Notes: a model not told the origin generated them from the sequence alone. A DNA stretch of 64,000 bases from Candidatus Altimarinota bacterium (GCA_015485665.1 WFTC01000019.1:83-64082); one strand, 5' to 3'; numbered from the stretch's first letter, positions 35,989 through 48,537 are shown. Made by a program: numbers and translations.

Positions 35989-36194
35989 ACGAATAATGCT
36001 TTTATTTCAATTGATCATAACGGTTCTTTTGAAGCCTGATGTCCTTAAGAAGGTAGACAGTAGACGTTTATCTACTGTGATTGGTCTTGCACGTAGACAC
36101 AGGTCTTTGCGATGAAGACATCGATCTTTTCATAAGTCTCTTGATTGACGCCAGCTCTCTTGCTAACTTTGATCGGCTATAAAGCTTTTTCAGT

Positions 36195-38168
36195 ATGCAA
36201 GATAGACTATTTCAGATGAAATCTGGGATGACTCCCAAAGGTGATCAGCCCGCTGCAATTGCGGCTTTAGTTAAAGGGATTAAGGAGGGTAAGCGCTTTC
36301 AAACTTTGCTTGGTGCCACAGGGACCGGTAAGACTTTTACAATGGCGAATGTGATTGAAGCGCTTCAGAGACCGGCACTTATTTTGGCTCATAATAAAAC
36401 CTTGGCAGCACAGATTTGCAGTGAACTTAAAGAGATGTTTCCGGATAATGCAGTTAATTATTTTGTATCTTATTACGATTACTATCAGCCGGAAGCTTAT
36501 ATCGCTCACAGCGATACATATATTGAAAAAGATGCACAAATCAACGATGAGATTGATAAATACAGGCATAAAGCCACGGCAGACCTGTTGACACGTAGAG
36601 ATACCATCATTGTGGCATCTGTATCTTGCATTTATGGTCTCGGTTCTCCGAAAGAATATCTGGACCTTAGGGTCACTCTTAGCATTGGTGAAGAAGTAAA
36701 GCGAGATGAATTACTTAGAACTCTAACTGATTTGCAATATGAACGATCTCGTGCGGATTTTAAACAAGGACAATTTCATGTGCTGGGTGATGTGGTGGAA
36801 ATTTTTCCACCTGGAGGAGATACAGCTTTGCGCTTGGAATTTTGGGGAGATGAAATTGAAGCAATTACTGAAATAGAACCTTTTACAGGTGAGATTCATG
36901 GTAAAACGGCGGAAGTGACAATTTTCCCAGCGAAACATAATGTAACGACTGAAGAAAAAATCAAAAAAGCTGTTGTACTTATTCAAGAGGAGTTGGATGA
37001 GCGTTATAATGAACTTAAACAGCTTGGAAAGCATTTGGAGGCGGAGCGTTTAAAGACTCGTACGGAGTATGATATGGAGATACTTCAAGAAACCGGTTAT
37101 GTGAGTGGAATAGAAAATTATGTTCGTTACTTTGGAGGTAGCGGTCCGGGAGGCAAGCCGCCAACGCTCATGGATTTTTTTCCTGAGGACTTTCTTCTTA
37201 TGATTGATGAGTCTCATATTACAATTCCGCAAATTGGCGCCATGCATAACGGGAACTTATCAAGAAAGCAAAATTTGGTGGAGCATGGTTTTCGTTTACC
37301 TTCGGCTTATGATAATCGGCCACTTAGATTTGAAGAGTTTGAAGATTATATGAAAAGCACAGTTTTTGTTTCTGCAACACCCGGTAAATATGAATCGGAA
37401 CATGAAGAAGCGGTAATTGAGCAAATCATCAGGCCAACGGGACTTTTGGATCCGGAGGTGCAGGTACGTCCAAAAGATGGACAAATGGATGATTTGCTGG
37501 AAGAAATTCGTATGCGTACAGAAAAAGAAGAACGAGTTTTGGTAACAACATTGACAAAGCGCAGTGCTGAAGATCTTACAGAATATCTTACCGATGCGGG
37601 GGTGGCTGTAAGGTATCTGCATTCGGACATTGATACATTGGAGAGGATTGAAATTTTAAGGGATTTGCGGCTTGGAAAATTTGATGTGCTGGTAGGAATC
37701 AATCTTTTACGTGAAGGTTTGGATCTTCCAGAGGTGTCTTTGGTTGCAATTTTAGATGCTGATAAGCAAGGCTTTTTGCGCAGTACCACAGCATTGATTC
37801 AAACTATTGGAAGGGCTGCAAGAAATGCTCAAGGTTTTGTAATCATGTATGCAAATCAGATTACGGATGCAATGCGAGAAGCTATGGATGAAACTGACAG
37901 ACGTCGTAAAATTCAAAAAGATTATAATGAAAAGCATGGAATTACTCCGCAAAGCATTAAGAAAGCTGTGAAAGATATAGAGATGAAAAGGAAAGAAAGT
38001 GAAAAAAAGCAAGTTCGCAGGTTTGATGTGAAGAAAGTTCCAAAAGAAGAGTTGTTCCGTTTGATTGAACATCTTGAAGTTGAAATGGATATGGCTGCGC
38101 AAAATATGCAATTTGAAAAAGCTGCTGAACTTCGTGATGAAATTGAGGAGCTAAAAAAAAGACTTTGA
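36195..38168 (+). CDS. uvrB: Excinuclease ABC subunit B
   Basis: It contains [29 protein letters not shown] and the C-terminal UVR motif [11 protein letters not shown]. Confidence 0.97.
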   Translation: MQDRLFQMKSGMTPKGDQPAAIAALVKGIKEGKRFQTLLGATGTGKTFTMANVIEALQRPALILAHNKTLAAQICSELKEMFPDNAVNYFVSYYDYYQPEAYIAHSDTYIEKDAQINDEIDKYRHKATADLLTRRDTIIVASVSCIYGLGSPKEYLDLRVTLSIGEEVKRDELLRTLTDLQYERSRADFKQGQFHVLGDVVEIFPPGGDTALRLEFWGDEIEAITEIEPFTGEIHGKTAEVTIFPAKHNVTTEEKIKKAVVLIQEELDERYNELKQLGKHLEAERLKTRTEYDMEILQETGYVSGIENYVRYFGGSGPGGKPPTLMDFFPEDFLLMIDESHITIPQIGAMHNGNLSRKQNLVEHGFRLPSAYDNRPLRFEEFEDYMKSTVFVSATPGKYESEHEEAVIEQIIRPTGLLDPEVQVRPKDGQMDDLLEEIRMRTEKEERVLVTTLTKRSAEDLTEYLTDAGVAVRYLHSDIDTLERIEILRDLRLGKFDVLVGINLLREGLDLPEVSLVAILDADKQGFLRSTTALIQTIGRAARNAQGFVIMYANQITDAMREAMDETDRRRKIQKDYNEKHGITPQSIKKAVKDIEMKRKESEKKQVRRFDVKKVPKEELFRLIEHLEVEMDMAAQNMQFEKAAELRDEIEELKKRL

Positions 38169-38285
38169 ATTTCATAAAAAAGCTTCAAAAGCTTTAAAAT
38201 CAAAGCGGTTTTTTATCTCTTGCTTTTTTTTTATATATCCCTAAAATGTCCGCGCAATTTTGGAAACACTTAAAAGTTTAAAAAT

Positions 38286-38561
38286 ATGGCTGAGAGCAGG
38301 AAAAATATTGAAGATAAGAAGACAGAGGCCCTTCTTGACACATGGGCGAGTAGCAGAATTGCTGTTTTTGGTCAGGTTTCAATTATGGTTGTCTTTGGTA
38401 TGACTCTGTTTGCCGGAGTTGGTTATTTACTTGATCAGAAATTCGGCAGCTTCCCTGGCTTCTTCATTGCCGGTTTGGTAATTGCTTTTCCAAGTATTCA
38501 ATTTCTTATTTATAAGAAGATAAAGGCTTATTCTTTGGATAAAACAACTAATCTTAAATAA
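38286..38561 (+). CDS. Small membrane protein, AtpI/AtpZ-like by position
   Basis: Two TM helices, 91 aa, immediately upstream of atpB. Confidence 0.45.
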   Translation: MAESRKNIEDKKTEALLDTWASSRIAVFGQVSIMVVFGMTLFAGVGYLLDQKFGSFPGFFIAGLVIAFPSIQFLIYKKIKAYSLDKTTNLK

Positions 38562-38563
38562 TC

Positions 38564-39349
38564 ATGGCAAGTCTTCCCGATATCAGTTTACCGTCCTCTC
38601 CAATATTTGAAATTGGTGCTCTGACTGTTACAAATTCCATGGTTGCGGCTTTTGCAAGTATGTTAATTATTATTGTTTTTGCATTTTGGGTTCGGCGAGG
38701 TGCAACTTTGTTTCCCACTCGTTCTCAGATGATTGCAGAGATGCTTATGGAGTTTATGCTTGAAAAAATGCAGGTTATTTTCGGTTCAGAAAAGGAAGCG
38801 CGCCGCTTTTTCCCTTTGATTTTTACCATTTTCATATTTTTAATGTTTGCAAATCAGTTCACGCTTATTCCTTTTGTGCAAAGTGTGGTTATTGAAGGAA
38901 AGCCTCTTTTTAGAACTGCAACATCAGATTACAGTTTGCCAATAGCCTTGGGTCTTTTGCTTGTGATTTTGTCTCATTTGGTAGCTCTGACTAGATCTCC
39001 ACTTAGACATATTTCCAATTTTATTAAGCTTGATGTCTTTTTCAAAATTCGCTCTTTTAAGGACATACCTCAAGCCTTAATGGATTTTTTCTTGGGACTT
39101 TTAGATATAATAGGAGAGCTTGCAAAGTTGGTTTCCATTTCTACCCGTCTATTCGGTAATATGTTTGCAGGAGAAGTTGTTGTTGGAATAGTTGCTGGAC
39201 TTATGTTCGCAACGCAATTTGTTGTACCCATTCCTTTCATAGCGCTCAGTATTTTATCCGGTTTTGTGCAAGCTTTCGTATTTGCACTGCTGGGTACAAT
39301 TTATATTGCATCAGCTGTGCAAGGAGTGGAGTCTTCACCCAAAACCTAA
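38564..39349 (+). CDS. atpB: F0F1 ATP synthase subunit a
   Basis: The protein is polytopic with the conserved RLFGNMFAGE motif. Confidence 0.9.
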   Translation: MASLPDISLPSSPIFEIGALTVTNSMVAAFASMLIIIVFAFWVRRGATLFPTRSQMIAEMLMEFMLEKMQVIFGSEKEARRFFPLIFTIFIFLMFANQFTLIPFVQSVVIEGKPLFRTATSDYSLPIALGLLLVILSHLVALTRSPLRHISNFIKLDVFFKIRSFKDIPQALMDFFLGLLDIIGELAKLVSISTRLFGNMFAGEVVVGIVAGLMFATQFVVPIPFIALSILSGFVQAFVFALLGTIYIASAVQGVESSPKT

Positions 39350-39390
39350 TTTTTTAAAATCCATTTTATATTCTTTAAACCCCTAAATAT

Positions 39391-39621
39391 ATGGATGTAG
39401 AAGCTGCAAGATTAATCGCCGCCGGATTTTGTATGGCCATTGGCGCAATAGGTTCCGGTCTTGGTGAAGGATTCATTGGAGGTAAAGCTCTTGAAGCTAT
39501 GGCTCGGAATCCTCAAATGAGTGATAAACTCTTTACAAACATGATAGTTGCGATCGCTTTGGCTGAATCTACAGCGATTTACTCCTTGGTGGTCTCATTG
39601 ATCATACTCTTCGTAATATAA
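39391..39621 (+). CDS. atpE: F0F1 ATP synthase subunit c
   Basis: A 76-aa hairpin protein with GLGEG, ARNP and the carboxylate-bearing AESTAIY segment. Confidence 0.9.
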   Translation: MDVEAARLIAAGFCMAIGAIGSGLGEGFIGGKALEAMARNPQMSDKLFTNMIVAIALAESTAIYSLVVSLIILFVI

Positions 39622-39632
39622 TTTTCTCCTTT

Positions 39633-40130
39633 ATGGATCAACTTTCAAGATTAGGCATTGAGCTAGGAAGCGTCTTCTTTTACTTGGTGAGTACCGGAGT
39701 TTTGCTTGCTATTCTCACACATTATTTTTATGCGCCTCTTATGAAGATTGTAGATGAGCGTCGTGAGAAAATTGCCGGCAGTATTGAAGAGTCCAATAGG
39801 TTGCGCCTTGAGTTTGAAAAAACTTTACAGCAAGCCAAGGAAGACAGAGATGCTTCTGAAGAGCGATTGCGTGCCGAGCTTGCCGGCCTCAAGAAATTTA
39901 CAGAAGAGGAGAGGGCAAAACTCATTGCTGAAATGGAAGAGGCTCGTGCTCGTATGCTTCAAGAAGCGCAAGAAGAGATCAATCAAAAGAAGAAAGACCT
40001 GCTTAAAGATGCCGAAAAAGAGGTCATGTCACTTATGAGCAAGATCATTTTAGAGATTGTTCAAAATAAAGTACCTGAAACTCTTATTAATCAGAGCATT
40101 CAGGACGCTTGGAAACAATATTCCCAATAA
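39633..40130 (+). CDS. atpF: F0F1 ATP synthase subunit b
   Basis: It has an N-terminal TM segment, PLMKIVDERREKI, and a long charged helix. Confidence 0.85.
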   Translation: MDQLSRLGIELGSVFFYLVSTGVLLAILTHYFYAPLMKIVDERREKIAGSIEESNRLRLEFEKTLQQAKEDRDASEERLRAELAGLKKFTEEERAKLIAEMEEARARMLQEAQEEINQKKKDLLKDAEKEVMSLMSKIILEIVQNKVPETLINQSIQDAWKQYSQ

Positions 40131-40133
40131 AAT

Positions 40134-40811
40134 ATGATTAATTATTTTCTTACAGCATTGATTCATGCCATTGTGGCTTTTCTTGCAAAACATACGGATT
40201 TTTTTGATGGAAATGTGAATGCTCGTGAGAAGACTTTGGAGAGTTTGCGAGTGCCGGCAGCTTTTAAACATTATTTAAGTCATCGCAGCATGGAAGATTT
40301 TATGAGCGATCTTTCTTTGACTTTATCTTATATAAAAAGCTCAAAAACAGCTGAGATTGAAGCTAACGCCTTTTTCAAGGCGGTTTTGGAATTTTTTACG
40401 GGAGTTTTTGCCGATAAGCTGGATAAACTCAATGCTGACTTCTATTCTTTCAAAGAAAAAGATAGGTGGAGAGTGGTGTCTGAGCTTATAAAAGGAGAAA
40501 GTCATTTAGCGGAAAGTCTTCGCTTATTGCTTATGAATTATACTTATCAAGATTTGTCCGCAGAATTAATAAATCTTGGACAAAGAGTTGTAAATGCAGC
40601 TTATGTAGTTGTGCAAAGTCCTCGTGAAATTACTCCCAAGCTAAAGCAAGAAATAAGGCATTCTTTGTTGAAAGAACAGCCTCTTGCTTTTCCAGTTTTC
40701 CAAATCAATAAAAAGCTTATTGGCGGACTCCGTATCTTTAAGAACGGTCAGGTTCATGATCATTCTTGGGTTGCCAGAGTTCAATCTTTTATTTCCCTAA
40801 ATTCCGTCTAA
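40134..40811 (+). CDS. atpH: F0F1 ATP synthase subunit delta (divergent, long)
   Basis: It sits between atpF and atpA. The C-terminus (INKKLIGGLRIFKNGQVHDHSWVARV) resembles the OSCP/delta end. Confidence 0.7.
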   Translation: MINYFLTALIHAIVAFLAKHTDFFDGNVNAREKTLESLRVPAAFKHYLSHRSMEDFMSDLSLTLSYIKSSKTAEIEANAFFKAVLEFFTGVFADKLDKLNADFYSFKEKDRWRVVSELIKGESHLAESLRLLLMNYTYQDLSAELINLGQRVVNAAYVVVQSPREITPKLKQEIRHSLLKEQPLAFPVFQINKKLIGGLRIFKNGQVHDHSWVARVQSFISLNSV

Positions 40812-40815
40812 TTTT

Positions 40816-42324
40816 ATGGCAGAAGAAACACTTAAAAACTTTCTGTCTTCCGTGGAAGCTGCTCTGAGCGAAGTCAAGCAAGCTTCGGTAGCTTCGGGAG
40901 GTAGACAAGGGGTCATTCAATCCTATAAGGATGGAGTGATCAAAATTCAAGGTCTTTCAGGACTGAAGATGAATGAAGTTGTCAGTATTGAGGGTGTTAA
41001 TGCAAGCGCTCTCGTTATGAATCTTGAGCAAGATGCTGCTTATGCACTTGTTTTGCAGGCAAGCACGGAAATTCGTGAAGGTCTTTTCGTTAAAGCCACG
41101 GGTCAATTTTTATCTATTCCTGTTGGAGAAGCTATAATGGGACGTGTTGTTGATCCACTTGGAGCTACTCTTGATGGAAAAGGTGAGTACAAGTCTGATG
41201 TACCTATGCCTCATGAATCTACGGCACCGGGAGTAATGGATCGCAAATCTGTACATGAGCCTTTACAGACTGGAATTGTCGCAATTGATAGCCTTGTGCC
41301 GATTGGACGTGGACAGCGTGAACTTATTATCGGTGATCGCCAAACCGGAAAGACAACCGTGGCTATTGATACGATTTTGAATCAGGCTGATCAAGATATG
41401 ATTTGTGTGTATGTTGCAGTGGCTCAACGTGAGTCTAAAACTGCTCAAGTGGTACAGAAACTGAAAGATGCGGGTGCAATGAAATATACCGTTGTGGTTT
41501 CAGCTCCAGCTGCGGGATCTGCAGTGATGCAATATCTTGCTCCTTATGCAGGTTGCGCAATTGCAGAATATTTTATGAATAAAGGTAAGCATGTTTTGGT
41601 TGTTTATGATGATCTTTCAAAACATGCCGTTGCTTATCGTGAAATGTCGCTTTTGCTTCGTCGTCCACCGGGGCGTGAGGCTTATCCGGGTGATGTGTTT
41701 TATTTACATAGCCGTTTGCTTGAACGTGCTGCAAAACTTAGTGATGAAAAAGGAGGTGGATCAATTACCGCACTTCCAATTATTGAAACTCAAGCCAATG
41801 ATGTTTCGGCTTATATTCCAACTAATGTTATTTCAATTACAGATGGGCAGATTTTTCTTCAGTCAGACCTGTTTAATAGAGGCGTTAGACCTGCGATCAA
41901 TGTGGGTATTTCAGTATCACGTGTGGGAGGATCAGCTCAAACAAAGATTGTAAAAAAGGTATCCGGTACTGTTAAACTTGATTTGGCTCAGTATTATGAA
42001 CTTGAAGCTTTTTCTCAATTTGCTTCTGAATTGGATGAAGCTACCAAATCCAAACTGACGCGCGGACGGCGTGTTGTTGAGGCTTTGAAGCAAAAGCAAA
42101 ACAATCCATATTCTCTTTGGAAAGAAGTTATTGTTTTGTTTGCTGCAACAAAAGGCTATTTTGACTCGCTTGAAGCTAATGAAGTTGGCGAAAAGATTGA
42201 ATCTTTGTTCGCTCTTGTTCAGACAGGTCATAAGGAACTGATTGACGCAATTCAACAGGAAAAGAAACTTACCCCAGGAATAGAAGGTTCCATGAAAGAA
42301 ATTTTAGATAACTTTTTTGCCTAA
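40816..42324 (+). CDS. atpA: F0F1 ATP synthase subunit alpha
   Basis: It contains GDRQTGKT, DDLSKHAVAYREMSLLLRRPPGREAYPGDVFYLHSRLLER. Confidence 0.97.
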   Translation: MAEETLKNFLSSVEAALSEVKQASVASGGRQGVIQSYKDGVIKIQGLSGLKMNEVVSIEGVNASALVMNLEQDAAYALVLQASTEIREGLFVKATGQFLSIPVGEAIMGRVVDPLGATLDGKGEYKSDVPMPHESTAPGVMDRKSVHEPLQTGIVAIDSLVPIGRGQRELIIGDRQTGKTTVAIDTILNQADQDMICVYVAVAQRESKTAQVVQKLKDAGAMKYTVVVSAPAAGSAVMQYLAPYAGCAIAEYFMNKGKHVLVVYDDLSKHAVAYREMSLLLRRPPGREAYPGDVFYLHSRLLERAAKLSDEKGGGSITALPIIETQANDVSAYIPTNVISITDGQIFLQSDLFNRGVRPAINVGISVSRVGGSAQTKIVKKVSGTVKLDLAQYYELEAFSQFASELDEATKSKLTRGRRVVEALKQKQNNPYSLWKEVIVLFAATKGYFDSLEANEVGEKIESLFALVQTGHKELIDAIQQEKKLTPGIEGSMKEILDNFFA

Positions 42325-43232
42325 TGTCAGGAAATCTACTTGAAATCAAGAAACAGATTGCCGGAGTGAAAAACACTCGGAAAATCACCAAAGCCATGCA
42401 ATTGGTGGCTGCAAGTAAAATGCAACGTTTTCAAACAAGAGCGCTATCCGCAAGATCTTTTGTATGGGAACTTCTGAAAGTTTTGGATAGAAATAATGAC
42501 TCTTCCTTTACAAGTATTTATACTGAAAAAAGAAAAAAAGGTAAAACTCTTTTTGTTCTTTATACTTCAGACAAGGGTTTATGTGGACCTTTAAATACGA
42601 AATTGATTCAGGCTCTTTTCCGCAGCGATAAATGGAAAAATACGCCGGAAGATCAGCGTATTTTGATGACGATAGGAAAAAAAGCTCAAGATTATGCGCT
42701 TAACAATAAAATTGATATTGCTGAGCAATTTACCGGACTGCCGGAAAAATTATCTACTATTGATGTTTTGAAAATAATAGATAAGATCCTGTCTTATTGG
42801 ACAGACGGCATTGTTAAAGAGGTTATTTTCATAGCTCCTCATTATAAAAATTCATTTACTTTTTATCCGGTTATGAAGCCATTTCTTCCTTTTTCAGATG
42901 ACACTCTTGAAGCCGTGCTTGGACATTTGGATAAAGAAGAAGTGCCGGAATTTATCCAAGACGATAATAAATTTATGATTTTTGCGCCATCTCAGGGGCA
43001 AGTGCTGACTAGACTTTATGAACAAATTATTCAGGCTATGTTTCTACAATCTTTTTTAGAGCTTAAAGCTTCTGAATATTCAAGTCGTATGATTGCAATG
43101 CAAAATGCAACGGATTCTGCAGATCGTATGATTAAGGATCTTACCAGGGTGTTTAATTCTATTCGTCAGGCTAAAATAACACAAGAAATTGCGGAACTTA
43201 TGGGAGCAAGCATGGCTCTTGAAGAAGATTAA
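42324..43232 (+). CDS. atpG: F0F1 ATP synthase subunit gamma
   Basis: It contains IKKQIAGVKNTRKITKAMQLVAASKM and the C-terminal RQAKITQEIAEL. Confidence 0.95.
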   Translation: MSGNLLEIKKQIAGVKNTRKITKAMQLVAASKMQRFQTRALSARSFVWELLKVLDRNNDSSFTSIYTEKRKKGKTLFVLYTSDKGLCGPLNTKLIQALFRSDKWKNTPEDQRILMTIGKKAQDYALNNKIDIAEQFTGLPEKLSTIDVLKIIDKILSYWTDGIVKEVIFIAPHYKNSFTFYPVMKPFLPFSDDTLEAVLGHLDKEEVPEFIQDDNKFMIFAPSQGQVLTRLYEQIIQAMFLQSFLELKASEYSSRMIAMQNATDSADRMIKDLTRVFNSIRQAKITQEIAELMGASMALEED

Positions 43233-44701
<1,469 letters not shown>

Positions 44702-44702
<1 letters not shown>

Positions 44703-45127
44703 TGTCTCAAAATAATACATTTGAATTTGTCATTTTTACTCCGGAAGGAAGTGTTATCAAGTCTAGTGTGGAATCTGTCTCTTTGACGCTTGAAGGAGGG
44801 GATATACAATGTCTTCCAAACCACGCTTCTCTTACGGGAAGCGTGGAGTTCAGTCCCGTTATTTTAAAAATGAAGGAAGGTAGTGAGACTTACATGGTAA
44901 GAAATGGTATTTTCCTTTTTGACAATAAAAGTAATAGAGCTTCATTACTTGTTTTATCTTCTGAAAAGAAATCTGAAATGAGCTTGGAAACTGTAAAAGA
45001 ATATCATGATTTTATTGTTGAAAGACTGAAAAAAGGAGATGATTTAAGTGACTTTCAGATTAAATACTTGGAAGGTGAGAAAGTTGCAGTTGAAAAACAA
45101 CTTGAGATTGTTGGCAGCTTAGAATAG
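44702..45127 (+). CDS. atpC: F0F1 ATP synthase subunit epsilon
   Basis: It is the last gene of the operon and 141 aa long, with a beta-sandwich N-terminus and a helical C-terminus. Confidence 0.85.
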
Positions 45128-47374
45128 GTTTTGCGCTCTGGGATCAAGCATTAAAATCCTTTTGTTTTTCCTGTCATTGCCAAGGAATGCATTTATATTT
45201 CTGGCATGTCTGAGTTTTGCTGCGGGCAGTGAAAATTCTTTGTAAATATTTTTGTAATGTCTACTTCTTGCTTTTTGAATTGGAGAGTCTGGATGAGAAA
45301 ATGGCAGTTTATGCACAGCCATCATTTGTAATTTAATATCTTCGCTCAGTAGCTTTTTAAGCATGGCTTCATTGCCGACAAAAATATTCTTACCATCTGT
45401 TTTTTCAGACATTTTTACAATTTTGCCCAAACCTCCACTCATGTTTTGTACAAATAATTTTCGTCCAGATTCTAAGACTTTTTCCGTGAATTTATAGAAA
45501 AATTGTTTTGCAACAGTCATGGAATTAACCAGTACAATTATATTGCCTGCATTAGGCATTTCTTTTGCAATTTCATGAATGCAATATGGAATATTTCCAG
45601 GGTCACTTGGATGAGGCATTGCTTTTTTTGGATATATTATAGGTATGGATGTTTTGTATTCATCGGTTATGTACTTGAAAGAGCTGTTTAGATTGAGTTC
45701 TTTACGAATGAAGGCAAAGTCATCATCCATGTTTGCATTGCGAGCAAAAAGGTGTAAGGCTGAATTTGTATTCCATATTCGCTCTTTAAAAATTTGAGCT
45801 GTATTTTGAGGGAAAGAATGTATTAAGGGCATGCCATCTTGACTTTTTGCTAGCCAAAGCAAAGGTCCTTGGACACTCATAATTTTATGTAAAAACTTAA
45901 TTTGTTTTTCAAATGCATCAAGTGTGGGTCCTTGGTTTAAATTATTTCCAAGTGCGGCTACTGCGGATTGAATGGATGCAGCCGCTTTCATAACGCGATT
46001 CCATTCAGGTGTATTTCTATGATGTCCTTCAATTATTATGGGGTGGCGAGGATCATTGGATCCTTCATAACGTTGCAGTTCCATACCAATGAAACCGTAA
46101 AAAATTGAAAGTTTTGCAGCGATGTGATTCAGAATTTCTTCTGATTTGGGATTTTCTTGCTTTAATCTTCGTATATCACTTAAAAAACTGTTTTCACTAA
46201 GTCGTATATGCCAAGTTTTTTGCAATTCACTGACCAGTGCTTCCGTTTCTCCTAAAACAATGTGATTTCTTTGAGATATCAGCGGATTTTTACGACTGCG
46301 ATCTTTTAGAAAATAATGATGATCTATGGCTATGATTTTTTTATTCATCGCTTTATTTAAAGCTTTTTTATAAAAAGATCTTGGCATTCCTTCTTGTCCG
46401 CAAACATGAAACCAATCTTCTTTTTCATCTTTAACAAGGCGAAGTGTTGATTTTGAGCCATCAATCGTAGTATTTGCCCATAGTGATAATTTTATTCCAA
46501 GTAAACTTTGCTTTTGGGTCAATTTTTCTTTTTGCAGATATAAAGCAAGACGATCTTCATCTAAATAGTTGTTTGGATGTTTTAAAATGCCTAGGTTCGG
46601 ATGTGGCGGTAAAAGATTTACATCAGGTACAGAAAGCAATACACTTCCTTCAAGATTAAGACTGTAGTTAATTAAATCTTGATAAGTAATTTTTGCATTT
46701 TCCATTAAAAAAGGAGGCTCTGTTCGTTTTATATTTATGCCCACAGTATTTGAAATAGATTTTTTTCTTTCACTTGGATATATGCGCTTTCCACCGATTT
46801 CCTCCAAAATGGAGAGTATTATAGCTGCCCAATTCCAATCACTTTTTTGTAAAATAGTTTTTATTACTTCTTTCTCACGATTTGATAGTGCGCGAATATG
46901 ATCACTAAGCCTCCAAAAAAGCTCAATATTGGCTTTTACATCGTCCAGAGCCCTATGTGCATTTGGCTGTTGTAAACCTAATTTTTCAACCAATACCTCC
47001 AAGCTGTAACTTGCTTCATTGTGGAGTAAGCTTTGAGTGAGTTGACAAGTGTCCAATGCTAAATTCTCAAGATGCAGACCGTTTTCACGTAGAAAATTTA
47101 TATCAAAAAATATAAAATGCCCCATAATAGGATGATTTCCGCATTTTTCTTTAATAATGCCAAGTATTTCATTAATTGCAGGTGCTTTTGAGACCATTTC
47201 ATCATTTATTCCAGTGAGTCGTTTTGTAAATTCAGGTATTGGAATTGGCGGTTTTATGAGCGAACTCCATTCTTCCAATATTTTTTCATGGTCAAAATGC
47301 ACAATAGCCACTTCAATCAAATGGTCTTTTTTCGGATTTAAGCCGGTGCTTTCAACATCAAGACAAATGAACAT
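45119..47374 (-). CDS. DnaQ-like 3'-5' exonuclease fused to a DinG-like helicase-fold domain lacking ATPase motifs
   Basis: Exo motifs are present: I (CLDVESTG), II (HFIFFDINFL) and III (HRALDDV). The C-terminus resembles DinG (HKLPFSHPDSPI...ILMLDPR). No GxGKS/T or DEAH motif is present. Confidence 0.7.
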   Translation of the reverse strand: MFICLDVESTGLNPKKDHLIEVAIVHFDHEKILEEWSSLIKPPIPIPEFTKRLTGINDEMVSKAPAINEILGIIKEKCGNHPIMGHFIFFDINFLRENGLHLENLALDTCQLTQSLLHNEASYSLEVLVEKLGLQQPNAHRALDDVKANIELFWRLSDHIRALSNREKEVIKTILQKSDWNWAAIILSILEEIGGKRIYPSERKKSISNTVGINIKRTEPPFLMENAKITYQDLINYSLNLEGSVLLSVPDVNLLPPHPNLGILKHPNNYLDEDRLALYLQKEKLTQKQSLLGIKLSLWANTTIDGSKSTLRLVKDEKEDWFHVCGQEGMPRSFYKKALNKAMNKKIIAIDHHYFLKDRSRKNPLISQRNHIVLGETEALVSELQKTWHIRLSENSFLSDIRRLKQENPKSEEILNHIAAKLSIFYGFIGMELQRYEGSNDPRHPIIIEGHHRNTPEWNRVMKAAASIQSAVAALGNNLNQGPTLDAFEKQIKFLHKIMSVQGPLLWLAKSQDGMPLIHSFPQNTAQIFKERIWNTNSALHLFARNANMDDDFAFIRKELNLNSSFKYITDEYKTSIPIIYPKKAMPHPSDPGNIPYCIHEIAKEMPNAGNIIVLVNSMTVAKQFFYKFTEKVLESGRKLFVQNMSGGLGKIVKMSEKTDGKNIFVGNEAMLKKLLSEDIKLQMMAVHKLPFSHPDSPIQKARSRHYKNIYKEFSLPAAKLRHARNINAFLGNDRKNKRILMLDPRAQNLF

Positions 47375-47389
47375 CTTCTTGAGTATACA

Positions 47390-48481
47390 CTAAAGTAAGG
47401 CAATAAATTCATCAAAAAGATAATCAGTGTCTGTAGGTCCGGGGCATGCTTCAGGATGAAATTGAACGCTGAAGTGAGGTTTGGATTTATGGCGCAGACC
47501 TTCCACGCTGCCATCATTCGCATTTTCAAACCAGACTGCCCAGTCTTTTGGCAGCTTCTTTGGATCCACAGCATAACCGTGATTTTGAGAAGTTATATAA
47601 CAGCGTCCAGTGCGTAGGTCTATACAAGCTTGATTTTGCCCTCTATGACCATATGGCAGTTTGTAAGTTTTTGCACCTACCGCTCGTCCCATTATTTGAT
47701 TCCCCAAACAAATTCCAAAAACAGGTTTAGTTTGATTCAAAGCTTCCCGCATAATATTTACAGTTTCATCTAAAGTTTTAGGGTCTCCAGGTCCGTTTGC
47801 AAAGAAATATCCGTCAAATTTCATGTTATTGCTTTTTTCGTAATCAAAAGGAGATTGATTCCAAGGGAAAACTGTAATTTTCACACCCCTCTTTAAAAAA
47901 CTTCGCAATATGTTTGTTTTAATTCCTGTATCCAAAATTGCTATATGTTTTTCACCATCACCATAACTTTGCACATCTTTACAGCTCACTTTCGCAACAA
48001 GATTTTCTGTATTCGGATCATAAAAATTAGTATCCGGTTTATGATTTGCATCATGAATTTTTCCCAGCATACTTCCTTCATCACGAAGTTTTTGTGTGAG
48101 TGCACGCGTATCTATCCCAGTAATGCCAGGAATATTGTATTCCTTTAGCCAGTCCGCCAAACTTTTGTTGGCGTTCCAGTGTGAATAAATTTCACTGTAA
48201 TCTTCAACTATCAGTCCTTTAATATGAATGCGTAAACTTTCAAACCATTTGCTAAGATTGTATTCATCCAGTTTTTCAAAAGGCACACCATAATTACCAA
48301 CCAGTGGATATGTGAGCACCAAAATTTGGTCTTTAAAAGAAGGATCCGTAAGGCTTTCAGGATAACCAACCATTCCTGTTGTAAACACCACTTCTCCTTC
48401 AGATTCAATAAAAGCTCCAAAAGATTTGCCGGTCAAGCTGCTTCCGTCTTGAAGTGTCAATGTGATTGATTGTTTCTTCAT
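47390..48481 (-). CDS. carA: Carbamoyl-phosphate synthase small (glutaminase) subunit
   Basis: It contains FTTGMVGYPESLTDPSF, GICLGNQ and FHPEA. Confidence 0.9.
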   Translation of the reverse strand: MKKQSITLTLQDGSSLTGKSFGAFIESEGEVVFTTGMVGYPESLTDPSFKDQILVLTYPLVGNYGVPFEKLDEYNLSKWFESLRIHIKGLIVEDYSEIYSHWNANKSLADWLKEYNIPGITGIDTRALTQKLRDEGSMLGKIHDANHKPDTNFYDPNTENLVAKVSCKDVQSYGDGEKHIAILDTGIKTNILRSFLKRGVKITVFPWNQSPFDYEKSNNMKFDGYFFANGPGDPKTLDETVNIMREALNQTKPVFGICLGNQIMGRAVGAKTYKLPYGHRGQNQACIDLRTGRCYITSQNHGYAVDPKKLPKDWAVWFENANDGSVEGLRHKSKPHFSVQFHPEACPGPTDTDYLFDEFIALL

Positions 48482-48537
48482 TTGTTCAGCACTTTAGCGA
48501 ATTGCGGCAAGTTTTTCAACATGCTATTATCTCGCCA

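Noticed and set aside
37346-37789. 147-aa minus-strand ORF inside uvrB
   Set aside because: It is antisense to an unambiguous uvrB. The same applies to the other antisense ORFs in uvrB.
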